Below the pieces are notes generated by a model, which did no database searches, was not told the origin of the DNA, and saw nothing but the letters and a program-made list of their open reading frames with translations. Shown here piece by piece: positions 17,688 to 27,704 of a stretch of DNA of 64,000 nucleotides. A program made the translations under genes and the position numbers. Each line of letters begins with the position of its first letter. Position 1 is the stretch's first letter. Source of the stretch: an uncultured delta proteobacterium (GTDB lineage Bacteria > Myxococcota_A > Polyangia > Polyangiales > B10-G4); assembly GCA_963727445.1 (NCBI GenBank), contig CAVSGI010000009.1:384001-448000 (forward strand), given 5' to 3'.

Positions 17688-18644
17688 TTGGATACGTTCA
17701 CCACGACGGACACCATCTACGCCCACACCAAGAAGAAGGACGTGTGGGGTTACGCCATCCTCGCCTTCGAGAGTGACGATTGGCGCGGCTACCAGTTCCA
17801 GGATGGCCGCCTGCGTGTCTTCAAGACGGGTTATTACGACCTGCTCGAGCCGGTGCTTCCCCGCCCCGAGGGCACGCCCCGCATCGTGGCAAACCTCAAG
17901 GCGATGCTCGCCAAGACGGTGGACGAGCGGGTCAAGCCGGCGAAGGCAAACGAGAAGCCCGCGCTCAGCTTCGAGGACCTGCTCACCGTCGCGAAGGACC
18001 TCTTCCCCGAGGGCTTCTCCAGCGAGGACTACCTCACGAAGGTGCGCGGCAAGGACGCCAAGCGCCGCCTGAAGCGTCATCGCGACGCGGCCATCGCCGA
18101 CGCGCAGGAGCGCCTGGCCAAGGCCAGCTTCACCAAGCTCTCGCCCGCCGAGGCGCGCGACACGCTGCGCAGCGTCATCACCTCGACCGATCTGGTCAAC
18201 GCCAAGCAGATCACGCCGATCGATTCGCTGCCCACCGAGCTCCTTCCCGAGCTCCAGAACGCGGTGATGCACATGCTCTACGCGAAGGGTCCCTACGAGG
18301 CGCGCTTCGAGCGTTTCGTGCAGATCCTCGAGCGCTCGGGCGACACGGTCTCCTGGGAGCTCGCCACCACGCCCGCCGCGCTGGTGTTCCCGGACGAGCA
18401 CATGTGGGTGAAGGTCACGCCGATGAAGCGTTTCCTCGCCCGCTTCTCCCCCTCGCTCTCGCTCACGCCGCGCGCGACCGGCTTCAGCTACTCGCGCCTC
18501 GTGTCCATGGGCGGCAGCCTCGTCGAAGGCCTCAACGGCGCGGGCCTCGAGCCCAGCGACTTCTTCGACGTGGCGCACCTGCTCTCGGAGATCACCAAGC
18601 CGCCCAGCCTCTCGCGCCTCGACGCGATGGCCGCGGACGCCTGA
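17688..18644 (+). CDS. Conserved-looking hypothetical protein
   Basis: TTG start after AGGAGA RBS; strong GC3 codon bias; globular composition; no recognised family. Confidence 0.75.
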   Translation: MDTFTTTDTIYAHTKKKDVWGYAILAFESDDWRGYQFQDGRLRVFKTGYYDLLEPVLPRPEGTPRIVANLKAMLAKTVDERVKPAKANEKPALSFEDLLTVAKDLFPEGFSSEDYLTKVRGKDAKRRLKRHRDAAIADAQERLAKASFTKLSPAEARDTLRSVITSTDLVNAKQITPIDSLPTELLPELQNAVMHMLYAKGPYEARFERFVQILERSGDTVSWELATTPAALVFPDEHMWVKVTPMKRFLARFSPSLSLTPRATGFSYSRLVSMGGSLVEGLNGAGLEPSDFFDVAHLLSEITKPPSLSRLDAMAADA

Positions 18645-18663
18645 TCCTCGGTCGGGGTACAGC

Positions 18664-19359
18664 GTGCCCCGAGGTTCGGCACTGCTCCTACTCGGCGCGG
18701 CCGTCGCTCTGACGGCCTGCGCGCCGATCCGTCGGGTCAAGCCCGTGGAGGTCGGCGAGCACGTCGTGTCCGTGGGCTTCGGCGGGCCCATCACCGAGGT
18801 CGGCCGCGACACGGGCGCGTTCGTGCCCGCGCCGATCCTCAGCGCGGGTTGGGGCTACGGCGTGCACCGCATGGTCGACGTCGACGTCGGCTTGCAGATG
18901 AGCGAGCTGATCGTGGGCGGCCTCGCCCTCGATGCGGGGGTGAACGTGCGGCCGCTCCGGCCAGACGGGGCGCGGCCGGCGTTGATCATCCCGGTCAAGC
19001 TGCACTACCTGCTGCCGTTTCGCGGCGACCCCGGCAAGACCATGCGGCTCTACCCCGAGCTGGGCGCCACCGCGGCGTGGCAGCTCGGCGCGCGGCCCTT
19101 CTACACCTACGTCGGCTTTCAGCTCTGGTTCGATCTGGCGTCGCGCGGTGACGGCAACGACGTCGCCACGCGGGTGCTGCCCTCCTTTCACATCGGACAG
19201 ACCGTGGGAACCGAGGTGTGGCAGCTCTCCCTCGAGCTCCGCTACTACACGCCGAACGTGAGCGATCAGTTTCGTCTGGTCGACGTCGCCGATCTCGGCG
19301 GCGCCGGGAGCCTGGGAGTCTTGATCGGTTTCAGCGTCGGCTTCGGGGGTGACGCGTGA
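18664..19359 (+). CDS. Hypothetical lipoprotein, probable outer-membrane beta-barrel
   Basis: Lipobox LTAC; alternating amphipathic beta-strands; translationally coupled to the next gene. Confidence 0.7.
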   Translation: MPRGSALLLLGAAVALTACAPIRRVKPVEVGEHVVSVGFGGPITEVGRDTGAFVPAPILSAGWGYGVHRMVDVDVGLQMSELIVGGLALDAGVNVRPLRPDGARPALIIPVKLHYLLPFRGDPGKTMRLYPELGATAAWQLGARPFYTYVGFQLWFDLASRGDGNDVATRVLPSFHIGQTVGTEVWQLSLELRYYTPNVSDQFRLVDVADLGGAGSLGVLIGFSVGFGGDA

Positions 19360-20222
19360 CGCGGCGATCATGGCACCTGGGGCTCGCGGCTCTCGTGCTC
19401 GTCTCAGCGTGCGCGGTGGATTTCGTCCTGTGGAACGGCCAGCACCTCGACGCGTACGGTTTCGACGACTTCAGCGGTGAGCGTCTCGACGACGAGGCCT
19501 TCGACACCCTCGCGCCCATCGATCCGGCCGCGATCCGTGAGCTCCGTGTCACCAGCGGCAGTGAGACGCTCGGGGCGGTGCTGGTCTCGGAGACCGAGGT
19601 CGGACCTTCGGACACGCTCATCGTCTACTTTCACGGGAGCGCCCGTCACCTCGACTACTACTGGGCGCGCGTGCGCCTGCTCCACGCCACCGGCTATCCG
19701 GTGCTGGCGATCGACTATCGGGGTTACGGCGTGAGCACCGGCCGGTCGAGCGTGCCGAGCGTCCTCGAAGATGCCCGCGCCGCGATGCGCTACGTACAGA
19801 GCGAGCTCGGCGGGCCGCGGGTCGTCATCTACGGCAACTCGTTGGGGACGACGGCGGCCGGGCGGATGGCGGCGGAGAGCTCGATCGCCGGCCTCGTGCT
19901 CGAGGTGCCGATCAACTCTCTCGAGACAGCGGTCGCCGATCAGTTCGGCGCGAGCGTCCCGCCCGAGTCGCTCTTCGAGCAGAACGTCAGCGTGCGTGAC
20001 GACGCCGCGGCCAGCGGCGCGCCCCTCCTCGTCTTCGCGGCCGATACCGATGCGCTCTTCCCGCCGGCGCATCACGCCGAGAAGGTCTTCGAGCACCACC
20101 AGGAGGCGACCAGCGCGCCGGGCACCATCATCCACGTCCCCGGAGGGCACGACGACGTGCCGAGCGACCTCGGCTACGACGCCTATGCACGCACGGTTGG
20201 CGACTTCGTCGACGGGCTGTGA
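19356..20222 (+). CDS. Secreted alpha/beta hydrolase (ABHD/Bem46-like)
   Basis: Lipobox VSAC; YFHGSA, DYRGYG, GNSLG, GGHDD. Confidence 0.85.
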   Translation: MTRRSWHLGLAALVLVSACAVDFVLWNGQHLDAYGFDDFSGERLDDEAFDTLAPIDPAAIRELRVTSGSETLGAVLVSETEVGPSDTLIVYFHGSARHLDYYWARVRLLHATGYPVLAIDYRGYGVSTGRSSVPSVLEDARAAMRYVQSELGGPRVVIYGNSLGTTAAGRMAAESSIAGLVLEVPINSLETAVADQFGASVPPESLFEQNVSVRDDAAASGAPLLVFAADTDALFPPAHHAEKVFEHHQEATSAPGTIIHVPGGHDDVPSDLGYDAYARTVGDFVDGL

Positions 20223-20306
20223 CCGGGCGCGGGCAGAGGCGTCACCTCTCGATACAGGGGTTGCCGTCGGCGCAGCTACCGATCCATGAGCGCGCGAGCG
20301 CCGCGC

Positions 20307-20909
20307 CTACTGGACGTTCAAGGTCGCGAGGATCTCGTTGCACTGCGCGCGGACCGACTCGAAGTCTCCGAGGGAGCCCGAGCAGGTGAAGGCGTAGCCG
20401 GTGCCGCCCGACGCGGTGAAGCGCTGGAGCGTGTGGGTGGGCGGGGCGTTCGTCGGCCACTGCGCCTCGATGTCGAGGCCGGGGAGCGCGCCCACGGTCG
20501 AGGGGGTCTGCGAAATGATCGTGACCGTGCCGACCGATTGAAGGAGCGCGACGTTCGACGCGCCATACGACGCCGGGTCACCGTAGAACGGCTCGGTGAC
20601 GAGGTTCACGTTCGTGAGAAAGCCGTTCGCACTGCTCGTCGCCCGCGCGCTCGAGACCACAGGCGCCGGCAGCGAGATGTCCTCCCACCCCATCGGGACG
20701 GCGAAGGACCACGTCGGTCCGCTCACGGTGCGGTAGCCCGGCGGGGTCGCGGACGCCGACGTCGGCGTGCCCACCGCCACTGGGCCCGGCGCTTCGGACC
20801 GAGCCGTGAAGAAGAAGACCGCCGCGCCCCCGCCCACACACAACCCGAGCAGTGCGAGCGCGCCGCATCCGAGCCCCACGAAGAGCATTGTCTTGTTGCC
20901 TTCTGCCAC
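20307..20909 (-). CDS. Membrane-anchored PsbP/DcrB-like fold protein
   Basis: N-terminal TM with Cys, WSFAVPMGW, TNVNLV, YAFTC, ILATL pattern; start GTG 20909. Confidence 0.6.
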   Translation of the reverse strand: MAEGNKTMLFVGLGCGALALLGLCVGGGAAVFFFTARSEAPGPVAVGTPTSASATPPGYRTVSGPTWSFAVPMGWEDISLPAPVVSSARATSSANGFLTNVNLVTEPFYGDPASYGASNVALLQSVGTVTIISQTPSTVGALPGLDIEAQWPTNAPPTHTLQRFTASGGTGYAFTCSGSLGDFESVRAQCNEILATLNVQ

Positions 20910-20934
20910 CGATCCACCTCTGTTCTCAGAACGT

Positions 20935-22611
20935 TCAGCTCGGGCCGAGCACACGCATCGGCATGGTCACCGGGTCCGGGGTGGTCGACCCGATGCCGAC
21001 CTCTCCGCTCCCGTTGGTCCCCCAACAATAGACGATGCCGCCCGCGAGGGCGCATACATGCGTCGCTCCGCCGCCCCCACCCAGGGTGATGGCCGTGGGC
21101 GCTTCACCGGCCGGGATCTCTCCCCGAAGGACCCGCGTCGGCGGCTGCTCGTTGGGCTCGACTCCGACCCCCAGCGCGCCCCCGTTGCTCCACCCCCAAC
21201 ACCATAGCGCGCCGCTTCGGATGCCGCACGTCTGCTGGTAGCCGGCGCCGACCGCGGTCCATTCGGCCGGACCCGCCGGTTGAACCATCGCGTAGTAGAC
21301 GTCCATGGTGCCGGCGCCGAGCTCGCCGAGGCCGCCCGAGCCCGCGCAATGGATCTCGCCGGCGACGTTGAGAACGCAGGTATGCGAGAGCCCGGTCGCG
21401 ATCGCCGTCACGTCGTCGGTGATCTCGTCCATCGCGTAGAGCACGCTGGCGGTATTCGGATGTGCGGCGCCCGACGTTCCGTCTCCCAGCCGACCTGCAT
21501 CCGATTCGCCCCAGCAGACGGCGCGTTGGCCGTCCATGATGAAGCACGAGTGCTGATCACCGGCCTCGAGGGCGGTGATGTCGACGTACGACACGCCATT
21601 GTCGAACGCGTACTGGTTGACGGCACTCGGGGCCAGCGAGCCGAGCTGCCCGGAGTCGTTGTTCCCCGTGCACAGGATCTCGTCCCCCACGGGCCCGTCG
21701 TTGATGACGCAGGTGTGCTGTCCGCCGGCGGCGACGAGTGGGATGGCCGTCAGCCCGTCGAGCCCTTCCGCCCGCGCCGGCGTCGGCTGCGTCGAACCCC
21801 CGGAGCTGCCGAGCTGCCCGTCCGAGTTGTCGCCCCAGCACCAGACCTCGTCCTCGTCTTCGGGGCTCCCGCCCCGCGTGCCCGCGGCGCAGGTGTGCTG
21901 CAGGCCGGCGCTCACGCAGGTCACGCGAAGCGCGTCGGGGAGCATCACCGCGGTCGGGCTCAGCACGTCGTCCAAAGAGCCGTCTCCGACCTGGCCGGAA
22001 TCGTTCCTCCCCCAGCAGTAGAGATCGCCCGCGGCGGTGAGGGCGCAGCTGTGCTCGCCCCCCGCGGTGAGCTGGACGACCGGATCACAGGGCTGATCGG
22101 CGCTGCAGCCCTCCCAGCAGGTCTCGGGATCGCAGATGCCGGCGGGCTCGATGCCGTCCGGGTCGGTCCCGCCATAGCCCTCCCCGTTGCGCCCGACGGG
22201 GATGCACGCGCCGTCGTTGCAGGTCTGTCCTTCGGCGCAGGTCACTGCCACGGACGTGCACGACGCGTAGAGATACATCCGCAGAAAGAGGATCTGACCG
22301 CTCTCGAAGCGCGTCTCCGCGCGTTGGGTGAGCACGTCTGCTCCCCCGGCGTCCCGGCCGGTCACCGTCAAAGTGAAGGGCCCCGGCTCTCCCGCCGGCA
22401 CCAACGTCAGCCGCGCGGGTCGTGGCTGCATCTGGAAGTCGCCCATGGTCTCGGTGGTGATGGGGGTGCCGTCGCGTCCGATCACCTCGACGTAGACCGT
22501 CTGGATCGAGGAAATGTCGGTGTCGACGAAGACCAGCATGGCCGTTTCTTCGCGACAGCCCGTCACGCAGATCATGGCGCTGAGCCCGAACAGAACGGAG
22601 AGGCGCCTCAT
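20935..22611 (-). CDS. RCC1-repeat lipoprotein
   Basis: Lipobox VTGC; repeated AGxxHxCA...CWGxNxxGQLG; ATG 22611 overlaps the upstream stop. Confidence 0.88.
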   Translation of the reverse strand: MRRLSVLFGLSAMICVTGCREETAMLVFVDTDISSIQTVYVEVIGRDGTPITTETMGDFQMQPRPARLTLVPAGEPGPFTLTVTGRDAGGADVLTQRAETRFESGQILFLRMYLYASCTSVAVTCAEGQTCNDGACIPVGRNGEGYGGTDPDGIEPAGICDPETCWEGCSADQPCDPVVQLTAGGEHSCALTAAGDLYCWGRNDSGQVGDGSLDDVLSPTAVMLPDALRVTCVSAGLQHTCAAGTRGGSPEDEDEVWCWGDNSDGQLGSSGGSTQPTPARAEGLDGLTAIPLVAAGGQHTCVINDGPVGDEILCTGNNDSGQLGSLAPSAVNQYAFDNGVSYVDITALEAGDQHSCFIMDGQRAVCWGESDAGRLGDGTSGAAHPNTASVLYAMDEITDDVTAIATGLSHTCVLNVAGEIHCAGSGGLGELGAGTMDVYYAMVQPAGPAEWTAVGAGYQQTCGIRSGALWCWGWSNGGALGVGVEPNEQPPTRVLRGEIPAGEAPTAITLGGGGGATHVCALAGGIVYCWGTNGSGEVGIGSTTPDPVTMPMRVLGPS

Positions 22612-23480
22612 GGGATCTCCAGTGGGCCGCCGGGAAAAGCTCGGTTCGGTGGCGGCTGGGCGGGGGGAACCGCGAAGTAGATGCCGACGGCGAGGAGTGC
22701 GACGGCGGCGACCCCCACGATCGTCCAGAACCACCACTGGCCGAGGATAGAGCCGCTCGCTTCCTCGTCCGCTTGGGGCGCCGGCGACAGAGGCGGCTGA
22801 GTCTCGGCGGGCGTGGGGGAGGGCTCGGGGAGAGTGGGTTCCGCCAGCGTCGGCTCCTCCGAGGGGATCGGCTCTTCGGGGATCAACGGTGCGTCGAGGC
22901 TCAGCTCGAGCGCTTGTCCTTCGGCCAGCGTCGCGGAGGCTTCGGCGACTTCGCTTTCGTCTCGCACGACGGCGACGCGCCGGCTTCCGGGATCGACGGG
23001 GATCGGCCCTTCGAGGAGAGCCGGATTCAACGCTTCGCCGTCGAGCGTCACCACGTCACCCTCGACGACGCCCGTGAGTCGGAGCGTGAGTGTCGGGATG
23101 CGCGGCTCGATCTCGGCGAGCTTCGCCTCGGCGGCGGCGCGGCTCCGGTGCCCCTCCTCGATCACGCCGAGGTACTCCCGGTAGCTCTCGGCGCTGTCGA
23201 CGAGGTGGCCGGTCTGCGCTTGTGCGCCAGCCAGGTTCAACAGGGCCGAGGGCCTGGCGTTGAGCGCGTACGAGTGCGCGAAGCGCTCCCGCGCGGTCTC
23301 CCAGTCACCGGCGCGGGCGGCGCGGACACCCTCCTGAAACGCCTGGCGCGCCACGGTGACGTCGGCCGCATTCGGCTGAGCCGCGGCGGGCGTCGGCATC
23401 CAGACGAGGCATCCGAGAAGGAGCGCGGTCGCGATCACCGGCGCGAGCGTAGCCGAGCCGAGGCGGCCCTCCCAGGACAA
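22608..23480 (-). CDS. TPR/PEGA-like membrane-anchored protein
   Basis: Signal peptide, ARQAFQEG..AGDW TPR, LLNLA, PVDPG beta domain, Pro linker, QWWFWT TM anchor. Confidence 0.8.
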   Translation of the reverse strand: MSWEGRLGSATLAPVIATALLLGCLVWMPTPAAAQPNAADVTVARQAFQEGVRAARAGDWETARERFAHSYALNARPSALLNLAGAQAQTGHLVDSAESYREYLGVIEEGHRSRAAAEAKLAEIEPRIPTLTLRLTGVVEGDVVTLDGEALNPALLEGPIPVDPGSRRVAVVRDESEVAEASATLAEGQALELSLDAPLIPEEPIPSEEPTLAEPTLPEPSPTPAETQPPLSPAPQADEEASGSILGQWWFWTIVGVAAVALLAVGIYFAVPPAQPPPNRAFPGGPLEIP

Positions 23481-23527
23481 CCTCGGGGCAGAGGCGCGGC
23501 CGCCCCAAAGCTGTTAGCGTGTGCGCG

Positions 23528-24925
23528 GTGTCGGACCCCGAGGAACCCGAGGCCGAAGACCCGTATCTGGGTCGCGTGCTCGACGGTCGCTACCAGCTGT
23601 TGCGCCGGCTGGGTCGGGGCGGCATGGGATCCGTCTACGAGGCCGAGCACACGACCATCGGGCGACGCCTGGCGATCAAGATCCTCTTCATGCACCTCGC
23701 TTCGGACGCCGACGCCGTCCGACGCTTCAAGAACGAAGCGCGGGCGAGCGGCACCCTCGGCCACCCGAACATCGTGGAGTCGGTCGACTTCGGGCGGACA
23801 CGAGACGGCGCCCCGTACATCGCGATGGAGCTGCTCTCGGGGCGTAGCCTCGCAGACGCGGTGCGTGAGGACGGGCCCTTCGCCATCGACCGCGCCGTCC
23901 GGGTCGTCGATTCGATCGCGGCGGCCCTGAGCGCCGCGCACGACAAGGGTATCTACCATCGGGACATCAAGCCCGAGAACGTCTTTCTCTGCGGTGAGGA
24001 GGAGCGGGTGAAGGTGCTCGACTTCGGCATCTCGAAGTTCGCCCAGGGAGGCGTGAGCGTGGCCACGCAGACCGGGGCGATCATGGGCTCACCGCGCTAC
24101 ATGGCGCCCGAACAACTCACGGACTCGAGCAGCACCGATGCCCGAACCGACGTCTATCAGCTCGGGGCGGTGCTCTTCGAGCTGCTCACGACGCGGCTGC
24201 CTTTCGAGCAGAACACGCTGCCCGCGCTCTACGTCGCCATCGCGCAGACCGATCCGCCATCGGTCGGTGACACGCGCGCGGACGTGCCGGAGGCGCTCGC
24301 GAGCCTCGTGGCCTCGATGCTCGGTAAGTCGCCCGACGACCGACCCCAGAGCATGGCCGAGGTCCGCGAGCGCATCGCCGCGTTCAGCTCGCTGTCGGGG
24401 CCGCCGCGGCTCTCGGCGCCGGCACCGGCACCCAGCGCGACCGAGGCGACGCCCTTCGCCACCGAAATGGCGGACACGGGGGTCGAGCTGCCGATGCGCT
24501 CCACGGGGGCTCGCCTGCTTCTGGGGCTGGTCGCCGTGTTGCTCTTCGTCGGTGGCGCGGCGTGGCTCAGCGCGGACGACCAGGCGAGTCCGGCCGCCTC
24601 TCCGGCGGCTGCGGTGCCGGTAGCCATGCCCGCCGCGAGCGAAGAAGCGGAGCCGGTGGCGCCGCCCGCTGCGAGCGAGCCCGCGCAGCCGGCGGCGGAG
24701 GAGGAGCCGCCAGCGAGCCCTCCCCACGTCGCCCCGATGGATCGCGTGGAAGCGCCGGATGCTCCTGCGTCGCCCGCGATGGAGACCGCCACTCGCATGG
24801 ATGGCCGCCATCGAGCCGTGGCGATGCGCACGGCCCTGCCGATGGAGGAGCCCACGCCGGTCACGACCATGGCGCCCGAACCGACGATGGAGATCGACGG
24901 GGTGCCTTTCGAGGCGGACTACTGA
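23528..24925 (+). CDS. Serine/threonine protein kinase, membrane-anchored
   Basis: LGRGGMGSVY, AIK, HRDIKPEN, DFG, GSPRYMAPEQ, DVYQLG; TM helix and Pro/Met-rich tail. Confidence 0.95.
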   Translation: MSDPEEPEAEDPYLGRVLDGRYQLLRRLGRGGMGSVYEAEHTTIGRRLAIKILFMHLASDADAVRRFKNEARASGTLGHPNIVESVDFGRTRDGAPYIAMELLSGRSLADAVREDGPFAIDRAVRVVDSIAAALSAAHDKGIYHRDIKPENVFLCGEEERVKVLDFGISKFAQGGVSVATQTGAIMGSPRYMAPEQLTDSSSTDARTDVYQLGAVLFELLTTRLPFEQNTLPALYVAIAQTDPPSVGDTRADVPEALASLVASMLGKSPDDRPQSMAEVRERIAAFSSLSGPPRLSAPAPAPSATEATPFATEMADTGVELPMRSTGARLLLGLVAVLLFVGGAAWLSADDQASPAASPAAAVPVAMPAASEEAEPVAPPAASEPAQPAAEEEPPASPPHVAPMDRVEAPDAPASPAMETATRMDGRHRAVAMRTALPMEEPTPVTTMAPEPTMEIDGVPFEADY

Positions 24926-24982
24926 AGCAACCAAACCGAGCAGGCGCGGACACCGTCGACTCCATCGTGTAGCTTTCGGGCC

Positions 24983-27076
24983 GTGACCCACACGTTCGGC
25001 CCCGTCTCGACATCCATCTTCGTGCTCGCCGTGGCTGGGTGCGGCGCCGGTCGACCTGCGTCGGGGGACGCCACGCTCGATGCCATCGTCGAGAGCGGCA
25101 CCACCGCCCAGCCGATAGTGGAGTCGGTGCCTGACGATCTGCTCGCGACAGTGGAAGCGCAACCCGAGGCCGAAAGCGAAGCGCTTCTCGAGAGGCTCAT
25201 GGAGGACGGCCCGTCTCTGGACGTGGAGCTCATGGAGCTCTTGCCGCTGCTCCGGGCCGTCGTCGATCGGGAGCGGAGCGAGTGTGAACGGACGATCCGC
25301 TGCGTGAAGGAGCTCGGTCGCGCCTATCTCGTGATCGCGGCCCTGGGGCGAAACCCCATCGGGGACGCCACGACCTGGGCGCAGAGCTCGGGCGGGCAGG
25401 AGGTCGCCGAGGTCTTGCGGAGCCTGCCTCCGCTCGCGGTGGCGCGGCAGGCCTGGGTCGTGGCGCGCCTGCGCACGCTCGGCGCGGCGGGCGCAACCGT
25501 CGCGGAATCGCTGAGGTGGGCGCGCGAGGGGGCGAGCGTCGCGGGGGAGCACCAGGCGGCGGCCGATCGTGCGCTCGCCGTGGTGCGTCTGGCTGGAGAC
25601 GAGAGCGCGGATAACGACTGGGAGCGGGCCGCGGCGCTCTGCTACACGGCTTCGAGGATCGCATGCGGCGACGCCTCGCGCGACGAGCTCGCACGGCGCG
25701 GCGCGAGCCCAGAGACTCTCGCAGAGCTCGCCGCACTGCGCCGGTACGGGGATTTGGCCCAGGCCCGCGAAGGACGGACGAGCGTGGATGACGAGGTCGC
25801 TCGCATCGAGGCCCTCCTCGCTCTCGAGCGCTACGCGGACGCGCAGCGCGTCGCGGCCAGCGCGCTTCGAGACAATCCTCGGGACGCGCGGCTGCGCCTC
25901 GCCGCGATTCGAGCCGATGTGCCGCGCTTGATGCGTGCGGGGGAGGCGGACCGGGTTTGGGACAGCTACTTCGGCGACCTCGAGAACCTCGAGCACGTGG
26001 AGGCCGACTTCCTGGAGGTGGGCATCGTCATCTGGCAGTTCCGTGTCCTGCTGGGCTCCATGACCAGTGGTTCGGCGGGTGGTCCGGCGAGCATGGACCC
26101 CGACACGGCGCGACGAGAGCTCGCGCTGCTCACCACCGAGCTGACGCGTCATCGGCCGGCGCGCGCGCTCGCCCTGGAGGCAGCGACCGGGCTTTCGCTC
26201 ATGTCTTTGCTCGAGAACACACCACGTCACGTCATCCGCGAGCGCGCCACCGTTCAGCTCGCTCGGCTCCTCGAGGCGCTCCCCGAGCACCCCGAAGAGC
26301 CGATGCTCTATCGAGCGATCTTCTTCCTCTCGACCATGGCCCAGGACCATGCGCTCCGCATGCGGGCCGTGGGGGTGGAGCTGCCATCCTCGCTGGGTGA
26401 GGCGCGCGAGGCGCTGCGAGCCGATCGCGAACGTTTGCGCGTGGCCCTCACGCTGCGGAAGGGCGACGAGCGATACCTCCTCGAGCCCGTGCGCAACGAG
26501 GACTTCGCCGCTTTCGTCGGCGCGCTTCGTGCCGAGCGCCCCGAGGAGTGGGAAGCGCTGATCCCGGCGTTCGAGCGCATGCTGGCGAACGCCGACGAGA
26601 GCGCGCGACCGCGCGCGATGAACAATCTGGGGGTCGTCTTGCGAGCGGCGGGTCGCGACGGAGCGATCGCGTACATTCGCGCCGCCTGGGACGACAGCAA
26701 CGATCCGAGTCCCGCACTGAATCTCTCGAGCATCACCCCGGCCCAGGAGCGCGACTCCCGCTGGAGAGAGGCCCTCGAAAGTCTCGTCGTCTCCGCACGC
26801 CGGGCACCTCAGCGGTGGCAGGCGGCGGCGCTCCTCACGACCGTCGAGCCCTTCGAAGACATGTCCGACGAAGCGCGCCAAGCGATCCAACGAGACTTCG
26901 AGGCAGGCGACCTGGTTGTTGGCGATCCGAACGAGTTCGTCTTCGATCGAGGCACGAGCTTCGGCCTCAGCATGCAGAGCCGGGGCGGCGGCGCCATCGG
27001 CACCTTCGAGCTCCCGATCACCGCGTGGCTTCTGGCAGATCCGATCCCGGTTCGAACGCTCGAGGCGGCGAACTGA
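24983..27076 (+). CDS. Hypothetical alpha-helical (TPR-like) lipoprotein
   Basis: Lipobox VAGC; helical repeats (AMNNLGVVL); no family recognised. Confidence 0.65.
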   Translation: MTHTFGPVSTSIFVLAVAGCGAGRPASGDATLDAIVESGTTAQPIVESVPDDLLATVEAQPEAESEALLERLMEDGPSLDVELMELLPLLRAVVDRERSECERTIRCVKELGRAYLVIAALGRNPIGDATTWAQSSGGQEVAEVLRSLPPLAVARQAWVVARLRTLGAAGATVAESLRWAREGASVAGEHQAAADRALAVVRLAGDESADNDWERAAALCYTASRIACGDASRDELARRGASPETLAELAALRRYGDLAQAREGRTSVDDEVARIEALLALERYADAQRVAASALRDNPRDARLRLAAIRADVPRLMRAGEADRVWDSYFGDLENLEHVEADFLEVGIVIWQFRVLLGSMTSGSAGGPASMDPDTARRELALLTTELTRHRPARALALEAATGLSLMSLLENTPRHVIRERATVQLARLLEALPEHPEEPMLYRAIFFLSTMAQDHALRMRAVGVELPSSLGEAREALRADRERLRVALTLRKGDERYLLEPVRNEDFAAFVGALRAERPEEWEALIPAFERMLANADESARPRAMNNLGVVLRAAGRDGAIAYIRAAWDDSNDPSPALNLSSITPAQERDSRWREALESLVVSARRAPQRWQAAALLTTVEPFEDMSDEARQAIQRDFEAGDLVVGDPNEFVFDRGTSFGLSMQSRGGGAIGTFELPITAWLLADPIPVRTLEAAN

Positions 27077-27103
27077 CTTCCGCCCGCGCTGCGGATCTCT
27101 GCC

Positions 27104-27649
27104 TCAGTCTCTGGTCGAGGCGCCGTCGTCCGTCTCGGCGCGCGATCGGATGAAGGAGATCAGTCCTGCGAGGATCGAGACGAAAGCGCCGCCGAGGATC
27201 ATCCAGAGGCCGAAGCCGGTCTTCTGAAAGAAGAAGATCACGACCATCACCATCCCGTAGCCGACGATGAGGATCCCGAGCACGGCGGCGATGCGATCGG
27301 AGTAGCGGATGCCGAGAAAACCGACGGCGGTCAGCGCGATCCCGAAGAGTGGGATGGCGAGCAGGACGTACCGGTTTGCGTCCTGACCCACGAGGGCACG
27401 GACGACCGGATCGCCGGCCATCACCACGTCGAGCCCGGTCACCAGGTTGGTCTGGTTGTCCTGTCCCTCGAGGCGCAGCCACGGCAGGAAGAACCCGATC
27501 AACAGGAGCAGGCCAGCCGCACCGAGAACGATCCGCAAGCCGATGTGCGGGGCCCCAGCCTTGGGCTTCCCCTTCGCCTTGGGCTCGATGTCGAGTGAAC
27601 CCGCGCCCGCCTCGTCGTCCGCCCCGAAGTCCTCTTCATCCTTGGCCAT
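27104..27649 (-). CDS. Hypothetical 4-TM membrane protein
   Basis: GFFLPW and GFGLW motifs; four hydrophobic helices; ATG 27649. Confidence 0.7.
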   Translation of the reverse strand: MAKDEEDFGADDEAGAGSLDIEPKAKGKPKAGAPHIGLRIVLGAAGLLLLIGFFLPWLRLEGQDNQTNLVTGLDVVMAGDPVVRALVGQDANRYVLLAIPLFGIALTAVGFLGIRYSDRIAAVLGILIVGYGMVMVVIFFFQKTGFGLWMILGGAFVSILAGLISFIRSRAETDDGASTRD

Positions 27650-27704
27650 CGCCGCACAATGTAGCAGGGACGACCGATATCCTTCAGCCTCGGCTACTCC
27701 ATCG

